Program-made: the position numbers and the translations under genes | Shown: piece by piece, positions 56,522 to 64,000 of the stretch | Layout: every line of letters begins with the position of its first letter | Position numbering within the stretch: position 1 is the stretch's first letter | The notes under the pieces: model-generated | The model's input: only the letters and a program-made list of their open reading frames with translations | What the model was told of the DNA's origin: nothing | Databases searched by the model: none | Source of the DNA: Patescibacteria group bacterium | GTDB taxonomy: Bacteria > Patescibacteriota > Minisyncoccia > RBG-13-40-8-A | NCBI GenBank assembly: GCA_018897295.1 | Contig: JAHILA010000014.1 | Span: 67,891 to 131,890 of the forward strand | DNA length: 64,000 nucleotides | Direction: 5' to 3'

Positions 56522-56809
56522 ATGGCAAAAATTATTTTTAAAATTATGAAGGCAGGGGAGAAAGGACGTTCGGAAGTTGAGATAATTCTGGAAACCCGCC
56601 GCAAGCAAAGCAAGCAGGCGGGCCCGTCAAAATACAAAGTTTTTGTCCGGGACACTGATGAAGTACTTTCTGCGCTTGACACGCTATTAAAAAGGAGTAA
56701 AATAGGATTAGAGTCAGTAAAAGATATTAAAATAGAGACTCATAAAGAAGCAGGGCTTACCTCTACGAGGATAATAAAATCAATTGTAAAAGCCCTTTGC
56801 TTCCTCTAA
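56522..56809 (+). CDS. hypothetical protein (95 aa); coding status uncertain
   Basis: Internal ATG of the ORF-track 56279-56809; contains a GC palindrome (RRKQSKQAGPS) and promoter-like TTGACA boxes; may instead be rpoB leader. Confidence 0.3.
   Translation: MAKIIFKIMKAGEKGRSEVEIILETRRKQSKQAGPSKYKVFVRDTDEVLSALDTLLKRSKIGLESVKDIKIETHKEAGLTSTRIIKSIVKALCFL
56594..56626. repeat. GC palindrome copy (CCCGCC-GCAAGCAAAGCAAGCAG-GCGGGC)
   Basis: Sister copy of 60058-60093. Confidence 0.55.
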
Positions 56810-56910
56810 ACTTGACTTGGAAATATAAATAAATTAGTATAGAAAAGCTAGTGAAAGCCCTATTTTAGGGTCAGTTTCTATATTTTAATCGGGTAAAATG
56901 CTGCGTTTTC

Positions 56911-59900
56911 ATGATTAAATATTTTTCAAACTATCCGAAAAAATTATATCCTCTTCCAAACTTAGTTGAAATTCAACTTAATAGTTATAAATTATTTTTA
57001 GAAAAAGGATTGAGGGAACTCTTTGATGAAATATCTCCTATCGTCGATTACGGCGGTAAGGATATTTCTTTATATTTTAAGGAATATTATCTGGATGAGC
57101 CCAAATGTGATGAGATAAAGGCCAAAAAAAATAGTCTTTCCTACGAAGCGCCTTTAAAAATTAAATTAAAATTAGTCAATAAAAAAGCGAACGAGACAAA
57201 GGAACAGGAGATTTTTCTCACTGATTTGCCTTTGATTACTCCCCGCGGAACATTCATTGTCAACGGAGTGGAAAGAGTTGTTATTTCCCAGTTGATAAGG
57301 TCCGCGGGTGTTTTTTTTAAGACAAGTTATATAAAAGGAAGGAAAGTGCATGGCGCAAAAATCATTCCGAACCGAGGCGCTTGGCTGGAATTTGACACAG
57401 AAGCAAACAATTCAATTGTTGTGCGTATTGACAGAAAAAGAAAAATTCCAGCAACAGCATTGCTTAGAATTTTTGGTTTGGATACTGATGAGAAAATTCT
57501 CAAGGAATTCAAAGACATTGACAATGATGCTGATATTCAATATATAAAAGAAACTCTGGCCAGGGATACTTCCAAAACATCCGACGACGCCTGGATTGAA
57601 ATTTACAAAAGAATCAGGCCAGGCGATTTGGCTGCTATTGATAATGCAAGACAGCTGATTGAAAATATGTTTAAGAATTTCGACAGATATGATTTATCGG
57701 AAGTCGGTCGTTATAAATTAAATCAGAGAATAGGAATTAAGACTCCACTGGACCCAGGACACAGGATTTTAAGAAAAGAAGACGTGGTTGCAACTATAAA
57801 AGAAATTATTAAATTGAATAATGATCCGGATTTGGTCGGAGATGATATTGACCATTTGGGAAATAGGCGCGTGAGGTCGCTGGGAGAACTTTTGCAAAAT
57901 AAATTCAGAGCAGGCATGGCGCGGGTGATCAGAATTATTAGAGATAGAATGAGTACCATGGACGCTTATAATTTAGCTCCTGCGCAACTTGTTAATTCCA
58001 GGCCGCTTATGGCAGCAGTCAAAGAATTTTTCACATCATCGCAATTATCCCAGTTTATGAATCAGGTAAATCCTTTGTCAGAACTGGAGCATAAAAGAAG
58101 ATTGTCAGCCATGGGCCCCGGAGGCCTAACCAGAGAAAGAGCGGGATTTGAAGTCCGCGATGTGCATCCCTCCCATTATGGAAGAATTTGTCCTATTGAA
58201 ACTCCAGAAGGCCCGAATATTGGTTTGGTTGGCCATCTGGCAAGTTATGCCAAAATTAATGATTATGGATTTATAGAAACTCCATACAGAAAAGTTGAAA
58301 ACGGAAAGGTGACAAATAAAATTGTCTATATGGGCGCTTCTGAAGAGGAAAAATACAATATTGCTCATGCAGGCATTGTTCTGGAATCCAGTGGTCGCAT
58401 GAAAGAGAAAAGAGTTGAGGCAAGAATTCATGGCGAGCCGGGAATTATAGAACGAGACAAGATTGACTGGATGGACGTTTCGCCATACCAGTGTATTAGT
58501 ATTGCTACTGCTTTGATTCCTTTTGTTGAACACGATGATTCAAACCGCGCATTGATGGGTTCAAACATGCAGAGGCAGGCAGTGCCATTGGTTAATCCAG
58601 AAGCGCCGCTCGTCGGCACCGGAATCGAAAGGAAAGCAGCTGTGGATTCAGGCCAGGTAATGCTTTCACCAAGCGACGGAGTAATCAAAGGCGTCGATGC
58701 TTCCCGTATTACTATTTCTTCAAAAGGAACTTTAAAAACTTATCCTTTAAATAATTATTTGCGTTCTAATGAGTATACCTGCATTCACCAGAGGCCGATA
58801 GTCAGGCCTGGCCAGAGAGTTAAGAAAGGCGATGTTATTGCTGACAGTTCTTCAACTCAGGATGGCGAACTGGCTTTAGGGCAAAATCTTCTGGTGGCAT
58901 TTATGTCCTGGTCAGGAGCTAATTTTGAAGACGCAATCGTGCTTTCGGAAAAATTGGTTAAAGATGACAGATTCAGCTCTATTCATATTGAAGAATTTTC
59001 CTGCGATGTGCGTGATACAAAACTTGGGCCGGAAATAACCACTCCTGATATTCCTAATGTCGGCGAGGACAGGTTAAAGGACTTAGATGAGGAAGGTATT
59101 GTTAGAATCGGCGCTGAAGTCGGGCCGGATGATATTTTAGTAGGCAAGATTTCACCTAAAGGCGAAACTGATTTGACTGCGGAAGAAAGATTATTGAGAG
59201 CAATTTTCGGGGATAAAGCCAGAGATATCAAAGATACTTCATTAAGATTGTCCCATGGCAAGCGCGGAAGAGTGGTCGGCATTAAAATTTTCTCAAGAGA
59301 CAAAGGCGACAAACTGCAGGCCGGAGTAATCAAGACAATACAGGTTGAAGTTGCCCAATTCAGAAAAGTTTCCATTGGCGACAAGCTGGCAGGCAGGCAC
59401 GGAAATAAAGGAGTTATTTCTAAAATTCTGCCTGAACAGGATATGCCGTATCTGGCAGACGGAACTCCGGTTGATGTTGTTTTGAATCCTTTGGGAGTTG
59501 CTTCACGTATGAATCTCGGGCAAATATTGGAAACTCATTTGGGATGGGCAGCAAAAACTTTAGGATACAGGACTTACAGTCCTCCGTTTTCAGGCGTGAC
59601 TGAGGAAGAAATCAGAGGGGAATTGAAAAAAGCCGGATTGCCGGAAAGCGGAAAAGTCATTTTACGCGATGGCAGGACCGGCGAACCGTTTATCAATAAA
59701 GTTACGGTCGGTCAGATTTACATCATGAAATTGAATCACTTGGTTGAGGATAAAATTCATATGCGTTCAATCGGCCCTTATTCATTGATTACCCAGCAGC
59801 CGCTCGGGGGAAAGGCTCAATTCGGAGGCCAGAGATTCGGAGAAATGGAAGTGTGGGCATTGGAAGGATATGGCGCAGCGCATACATTGCAGGAAATGCT

Positions 59901-60096
59901 GACTATAAAATCCGATGATGTTATTGGCCGCGCTAATGCTTATGATTCAATTATTAAAGGCAGGCCGATTCAGGCGCCTCATTTGCCTTCATCTTTTAAT
60001 GTTTTATTAAGCGAAATAAGATCGCTTGGATTCGCGATTAATTTAGTAAAAGATAAACCCGCCGCAAGTCCAAAGGACAAGCAGGCGGGCAGGTAA
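56911..60096 (+). CDS. rpoB: DNA-directed RNA polymerase beta subunit
   Basis: Conserved blocks: [30 protein letters not shown], fork and rifampicin-cluster regions; C-terminal 12 aa and the stop lie in a GC palindrome. Confidence 0.95.
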   Translation: MIKYFSNYPKKLYPLPNLVEIQLNSYKLFLEKGLRELFDEISPIVDYGGKDISLYFKEYYLDEPKCDEIKAKKNSLSYEAPLKIKLKLVNKKANETKEQEIFLTDLPLITPRGTFIVNGVERVVISQLIRSAGVFFKTSYIKGRKVHGAKIIPNRGAWLEFDTEANNSIVVRIDRKRKIPATALLRIFGLDTDEKILKEFKDIDNDADIQYIKETLARDTSKTSDDAWIEIYKRIRPGDLAAIDNARQLIENMFKNFDRYDLSEVGRYKLNQRIGIKTPLDPGHRILRKEDVVATIKEIIKLNNDPDLVGDDIDHLGNRRVRSLGELLQNKFRAGMARVIRIIRDRMSTMDAYNLAPAQLVNSRPLMAAVKEFFTSSQLSQFMNQVNPLSELEHKRRLSAMGPGGLTRERAGFEVRDVHPSHYGRICPIETPEGPNIGLVGHLASYAKINDYGFIETPYRKVENGKVTNKIVYMGASEEEKYNIAHAGIVLESSGRMKEKRVEARIHGEPGIIERDKIDWMDVSPYQCISIATALIPFVEHDDSNRALMGSNMQRQAVPLVNPEAPLVGTGIERKAAVDSGQVMLSPSDGVIKGVDASRITISSKGTLKTYPLNNYLRSNEYTCIHQRPIVRPGQRVKKGDVIADSSSTQDGELALGQNLLVAFMSWSGANFEDAIVLSEKLVKDDRFSSIHIEEFSCDVRDTKLGPEITTPDIPNVGEDRLKDLDEEGIVRIGAEVGPDDILVGKISPKGETDLTAEERLLRAIFGDKARDIKDTSLRLSHGKRGRVVGIKIFSRDKGDKLQAGVIKTIQVEVAQFRKVSIGDKLAGRHGNKGVISKILPEQDMPYLADGTPVDVVLNPLGVASRMNLGQILETHLGWAAKTLGYRTYSPPFSGVTEEEIRGELKKAGLPESGKVILRDGRTGEPFINKVTVGQIYIMKLNHLVEDKIHMRSIGPYSLITQQPLGGKAQFGGQRFGEMEVWALEGYGAAHTLQEMLTIKSDDVIGRANAYDSIIKGRPIQAPHLPSSFNVLLSEIRSLGFAINLVKDKPAASPKDKQAGR
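60058..60093. repeat. GC palindrome copy (CCCGCC-GCAAGTCCAAAGGACAAGCAG-GCGGGCAGG) forming the rpoB 3' end
   Basis: Encodes [12 protein letters not shown]-stop; 1-nt spacer to the rpoC ATG. Confidence 0.55.
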
Positions 60097-60097
60097 T

Positions 60098-63000
60098 ATG
60101 GATTTTGAAGAGAAAAAACCAGAAGAATTTAACGGGCTTCAGTTGAAAATTGCAGGACCGGAGGAGATTTTGTCGTGGTCGCACGGAGAAATTACTAAAC
60201 CGGAAACAATTAACTACCGAACGCAACGCGCAGAAAAAGATGGCTTGTTCTGCGAGAAAATTTTCGGCCCGGAAAAAGACTGGGAATGTTATTGCGGAAA
60301 ATACAGAAAAATCAGATATAAAGGAGTTGTCTGTGACCGCTGTGGAGTGGAAGTAACTCGTTCAATTGTTAGGCGTGAAAGGATGGGCCATATAAAATTA
60401 GCAGTGCCGATTTCCCATATTTGGTTTTTAAGAGGCGTGCCGTCAAGAATCGGTTTAATTTTAGATATTTCAGTACAAAAACTGGAGAAAGTTGTTTATT
60501 TTGTTGCATATATCATCACCAATGTTGATGAGAAAGCCAAGGAAAAAGCTTTTAATGATATAGAAAAGGAATTTAAGGCAAAATTAAAAACAATTAAAGA
60601 CAAGGAAGCAAAAAAAGAACTAAAACTTGCCCGCGATAAAGCCAAAGAGGAATTGTCAAAAATAAAGAAATTGGAAATTATTTCAGAACTGACATTCAGA
60701 TATTTATCCCAGAGATACAGCGATGTATTTTCAGCTGGGATTGGAGCTCAGGCATTGAGGGATATCTGCAAGGAACTTGATTTGGAGAAAATAGTATCAG
60801 AACTTGAAGAGCAGTTGAAGAAAGTAGAATCAATTCAGAAGAGAAAAATTTTGCAGAGATTAAGATTGATTAAAGGATTCCAAAGAGCGGGAATTAGACC
60901 AGAATGGATGTTTTTGACAATACTGCCGGTCATGCCAGCTGATTTGAGGCCAATGGTGCAGCTGGATGGAGGCAGATATGCTACTTCTGATGTTAACGAT
61001 TTATACAGAAGAGTGATTAACAGGAATAACCGCTTGAAAAGATTATTAGAATTGAACGCGCCAGAAGTTATATGTAGAAATGAGAAGAGGATGTTGCAAG
61101 AAGCCATTGATGCTTTAATTGATAATTCTGCACGCAGGGGGCAAAAAGCCGTAATGGCTGCAACCGGACAGAAAAGGCAGTTAAAATCTTTGGCAGACCA
61201 ATTAAAAGGGAAACAGGGAAGATTCAGACAAAATTTGCTTGGAAAAAGAGTTGATTATTCCGGTCGTTCAGTTATCGTTGTTGGCCCGGAACTGAAACTC
61301 CATCAATGCGGTATTCCCAAAACAATGGCTTTGGAATTATTCAAGCCATTCATTATCAATAAATTAATAGAAAGAGAAATAGTATTTAATATCAGAGGAG
61401 CAAGAAGGTTGATTGAAGAAGGAGTTGAAGAGGTTTGGGAAATTTTAGAAGAAGTGACTGAAAGATATTATGTATTATTAAATCGCGCTCCTACCTTGCA
61501 TCGTTTGGGCGTCCAAGCATTTAAGCCAATTTTAGTTGAGGGTTTGGCAATTCAGCTTCATCCAATGATTTGTAAGGCGTTTAATGCTGATTTTGACGGC
61601 GACCAGATGGCTGTGCATTTGCCATTGTCGGAAAAGGCCCAGAGAGAAAGCAGGGAAATTATGCTTTCTTCTGTCAATTTATTTAAGCCGGCAACAGGTG
61701 AACCAGTAGTTGCTCCAAGTCAGGATATTGTTCTGGGTTGTTATTTTATGACAAAAATAGAATCAGGGTTTAAGGGTGAAGGAAAAATATTTTCAACTCC
61801 GGAAGAAGCAATTATGGCTTATCAATTGGATGTTATTGATTTGCAGGCTGCGATTAAAGTGAAGATTCCCACCCAGGGCGGGTCCGACTCGGGCGGAGAC
61901 ATCATTGATACATCAGCCGGCAGGGTTATATTTAATACTGTTCTTCCTCCTGAAATAGGATTTAAAAACAAAGAAATGACACAGAAAGAATTAAAGGGTG
62001 TGGTTGAAGAAATTATTAATATTTTAGGAACTGAAAAAACTCCTGAAATTTTGGACAAAATAAAAACATTAGGATTTAAATATGCAACTAAGTCAGGGCT
62101 CAGTTGGGGAATGGATGATATTAGTTTGCCTGTTGAAAAACCGAGGATTGTTGAGGAAGCAATAAGAAAAGTTGAACAAATTAGGAAACAATATCAGGAA
62201 GGACTTTTAACCAGAGCAGAAAGAAGGTCAAAAATTATTGAAATCTGGTCAAAGGTTAAAAACGAAATTTCAGTTTTGGTCTCACAGACACTTGATCCGC
62301 ATGGTTCAATTCACACTATATTTTCATCTGGCGCCCGAGGCTCCTGGGGCCAGGCAGTACAGATGGCAGGAATGAAAGGATTGGTTATTAATCCGGCTTC
62401 CGAGACATTGGAGTTGCCGATTATCAGCAGTTTCAAAGAAGGATTTAATGTTCTGGAATATTTTATTTCCACTCACGGAGGTAGAAAAGGCTTGGCTGAT
62501 ACAGCTTTAAAAACTGCCAGCGCTGGTTATCTTACGCGACGTTTGGTTGATGTTGCCCAGGATGTAATTATTAAAGAAGCTGATTGCAAAGACAAAGAAG
62601 GAATTATTTTTTATAAAAGAGATTTGGAAGATTTGGGGATTTCTCTTGTTGTGCAATTGACCGGCAGGGTCATTCTGGAGGACATTGTTGTTAAAGGTAA
62701 AGTTATTGCCGAGAAAAATGAATTATTGACCAAGAAAAAAGCCCAGGAAATTGAAGTAGCAGGAATTGATAAATTAAGAGTGAGATCAGTTATCTCCTGT
62801 AAAGCCAAATTCGGAGTATGCCAGCAGTGTTATGGCTATGACTTAGGCAGGAATAAATTAGTTGAGAAGGGAGAAGCAGTAGGTATTGTTACTGCCCAAG
62901 CAATCGGCGAACCAGGCACCCAACTTACTTTAAGAACTTTCCATACTGGAGGTGTTGCCGGAGGCGCTGATATTACTCAGGGTTTGCCAAGAGTTGAAGA

Positions 63001-63730
63001 AATTTTTGAGGCCAGGGTTCCAAGAAATAAGGCAGTACTCAGTGAGTTAAATGGAAAAATTATAGATATTAAAGAACATAAAGGGCAAAGAATTATTACT
63101 GTCGACGGCTGGCAGGAATTAAAAAATAAAAAAAGGAAAAAAACTTCTAAAGAATATATTGTATCTCCGCAAGTCGGCGTCTGGGTCCAGAAAGGTGATG
63201 AAGTGAGCCAGGGCCAGCAGTTGTGCGAGGGTTCTGTTGATTTAAAAGATTTATTTAAACTGGCAGGATTAGAAGCTCTGCGCAGATATATTATTAAAGA
63301 AATCCAGGGAATTTACAGTATCCAGGGAGAAGGTTTGAATAATAAACATATTGAATTAATTGTTCGCCAGATGCTTTCTAGGGTCAGAGTTAAAGATGAA
63401 GGAGATACCAATCTTTTGGTTGGCGCGATTATTGAAAAAGACATATTTTTACAAGCCAATGACAAAGCGAAAAAAATGGGTAAAAAACCGGCAACCGCTG
63501 TACAGGTATTAATGGGCATTACCAAGATTGCTTTAAGCACGGAAAGTTTCTTGTCAGCAGCTTCATTTATGGAAACTGTCAGAGTTTTGATTAAAGCAGC
63601 TTCAGAAGGTAGAATCGACAGATTGAGGGGATTAAAAGAAAATGTTATTTTAGGAAGATTAATCCCAGCAGGCACAGGATACAGGGAAATGGTAGAAGAC
63701 AAAGAAAGAGAAAAGGAAGAAAAGAAATAA
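60098..63730 (+). CDS. rpoC: DNA-directed RNA polymerase beta' subunit
   Basis: Zinc-binding CYCGKY...CDRCG, NADFDGD catalytic motif, trigger loop and bridge helix regions. Confidence 0.95.
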   Translation: MDFEEKKPEEFNGLQLKIAGPEEILSWSHGEITKPETINYRTQRAEKDGLFCEKIFGPEKDWECYCGKYRKIRYKGVVCDRCGVEVTRSIVRRERMGHIKLAVPISHIWFLRGVPSRIGLILDISVQKLEKVVYFVAYIITNVDEKAKEKAFNDIEKEFKAKLKTIKDKEAKKELKLARDKAKEELSKIKKLEIISELTFRYLSQRYSDVFSAGIGAQALRDICKELDLEKIVSELEEQLKKVESIQKRKILQRLRLIKGFQRAGIRPEWMFLTILPVMPADLRPMVQLDGGRYATSDVNDLYRRVINRNNRLKRLLELNAPEVICRNEKRMLQEAIDALIDNSARRGQKAVMAATGQKRQLKSLADQLKGKQGRFRQNLLGKRVDYSGRSVIVVGPELKLHQCGIPKTMALELFKPFIINKLIEREIVFNIRGARRLIEEGVEEVWEILEEVTERYYVLLNRAPTLHRLGVQAFKPILVEGLAIQLHPMICKAFNADFDGDQMAVHLPLSEKAQRESREIMLSSVNLFKPATGEPVVAPSQDIVLGCYFMTKIESGFKGEGKIFSTPEEAIMAYQLDVIDLQAAIKVKIPTQGGSDSGGDIIDTSAGRVIFNTVLPPEIGFKNKEMTQKELKGVVEEIINILGTEKTPEILDKIKTLGFKYATKSGLSWGMDDISLPVEKPRIVEEAIRKVEQIRKQYQEGLLTRAERRSKIIEIWSKVKNEISVLVSQTLDPHGSIHTIFSSGARGSWGQAVQMAGMKGLVINPASETLELPIISSFKEGFNVLEYFISTHGGRKGLADTALKTASAGYLTRRLVDVAQDVIIKEADCKDKEGIIFYKRDLEDLGISLVVQLTGRVILEDIVVKGKVIAEKNELLTKKKAQEIEVAGIDKLRVRSVISCKAKFGVCQQCYGYDLGRNKLVEKGEAVGIVTAQAIGEPGTQLTLRTFHTGGVAGGADITQGLPRVEEIFEARVPRNKAVLSELNGKIIDIKEHKGQRIITVDGWQELKNKKRKKTSKEYIVSPQVGVWVQKGDEVSQGQQLCEGSVDLKDLFKLAGLEALRRYIIKEIQGIYSIQGEGLNNKHIELIVRQMLSRVRVKDEGDTNLLVGAIIEKDIFLQANDKAKKMGKKPATAVQVLMGITKIALSTESFLSAASFMETVRVLIKAASEGRIDRLRGLKENVILGRLIPAGTGYREMVEDKEREKEEKK

Positions 63731-63767
63731 GCGCTATAAAATAAATCCTCGTTATGGGAGTAAATGC

Positions 63768-63798
63768 GAAAAATCTGTCAACTATTGACAGATTTTTA
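63768..63798 (+). terminator. rpoC terminator hairpin whose 3' arm contains the next promoter's -35 hexamer
   Basis: GAAAAATCTGTCAA-CTA-TTGACAGATTTTT. Confidence 0.6.
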
Positions 63799-63813
63799 TA
63801 TTGGGTGTATAAT
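63785..63813 (+). promoter_or_regulatory. consensus sigma70 promoter TTGACA-N17-TATAAT
   Basis: Perfect hexamers with a 17-nt spacer. Confidence 0.65.
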
Positions 63814-63823
63814 GTAAATGTAA

Positions 63824-63839
63824 GAAAAATCTTACAAGG
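63824..63839 (+). promoter_or_regulatory. second copy of the GTAAGA-AAAA-TCTTAC palindrome
   Basis: Identical to 54155-54170; followed by SD CAAGGAGGAAAA. Confidence 0.5.
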
Positions 63840-63846
63840 AGGAAAA

Positions 63847-64000
63847 ATGATGAAAGAAATCATTAAGGAGAAGTTCGGCCTGTTTATTGATCTCGGTATC
63901 ATCACGGTGCCGGACGACTACGTCCACAACACCCGGCTGGCCTCGTTCAAAAAAAAGAACCGTAAAAAGTTCTATGGTTGGAACGACGACATTACCGACG
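63847..64000 (+). CDS. hypothetical protein, 5' partial in window; GC-richer coding
   Basis: SD AAGGAGG-N5-ATG; MMKEIIKEKFGLFIDLGIITVPDDYVHNTRLASF...; runs off the window edge. Confidence 0.5.
   Translation, partial: MMKEIIKEKFGLFIDLGIITVPDDYVHNTRLASFKKKNRKKFYGWNDDITD

Noticed and set aside
59380-59400. CTGGCAGGCAGGCACGG in rpoB resembling the CCTGCC/GGCAGG element core
   Set aside because: It encodes the universally conserved RpoB motif [12 protein letters not shown], so it is native coding sequence, not an insertion.
61874-61898. GC-rich GGGCGGGTCCGACTCGGGCGGAG in rpoC (encodes QGGSDSGGD)
   Set aside because: It looks like an element copy but the palindrome is short, and I cannot confirm from memory that the region is an indel relative to other RpoC sequences; left as uncertain.
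57327-63905. Multiple 60-135 aa minus-strand ORFs inside rpoB and rpoC
   Set aside because: All lie antisense to strongly conserved RNAP coding sequence; shadow ORFs.

Overview
AT-rich (~35% GC), gene-dense bacterial window with a reduced-genome, Patescibacteria/CPR-like character. This call rests on an unlinked 16S/23S arrangement, a 23S rRNA intron encoding a LAGLIDADG homing endonuclease, compact housekeeping genes, long tailed ribosomal proteins, and a 16S 3' end that lacks a canonical anti-SD at the expected position. The protein-coding content is mostly core: secD-secF; lysS, serS, tyrS, thrS and aspS; gatB; dnaX and dnaE; rpmF-nusB-rnc; rpsP-KH-trmD; iscS-iscU plus a thioredoxin/glutaredoxin/radical-SAM neighbourhood; dCMP deaminase-thyX; murC; an ftsW/rodA-like gene; rpoB-rpoC. 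It also carries two paralogous VirD4/TraG-like P-loop ATPases (one split, one fused to its membrane N-domain), a GT39-like glycosyltransferase, a GtrA-like protein, a GH1 beta-glucosidase, two NYN-domain proteins and a MiaB-MiaA fusion. RNA genes are 16S, tRNA-Ile, tRNA-Ala, 23S (with a ~760-nt intron), 5S and tRNA-Gln. The most unusual signal is a dispersed family of short GC-rich palindromic elements (cores such as CCTGCC-N2-4-GGCAGG, GAGTCAAGGCGGG and CCCGCC...GGCGGG) sitting in frame inside essential genes (gatB twice, miaB-miaA, dnaE, thrS, rpmF, rpsP, rpoB C-terminus, GH1, radical SAM, GT39) and also in rRNA/tRNA-proximal intergenic DNA; this resembles Rickettsia-type in-frame palindromic selfish elements. 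Other notable items are a ~85-110 nt inverted-repeat element duplicated immediately upstream of tyrS and ftsW, a 16-bp palindrome (GTAAGA-N4-TCTTAC) shared by two consensus promoters, a candidate ~200-nt sRNA, and a conserved extended rRNA-type promoter motif (GAGGGGCTTGACACGCG). Coordinates of RNA ends, promoters and terminators are estimates from reading the sequence by eye.
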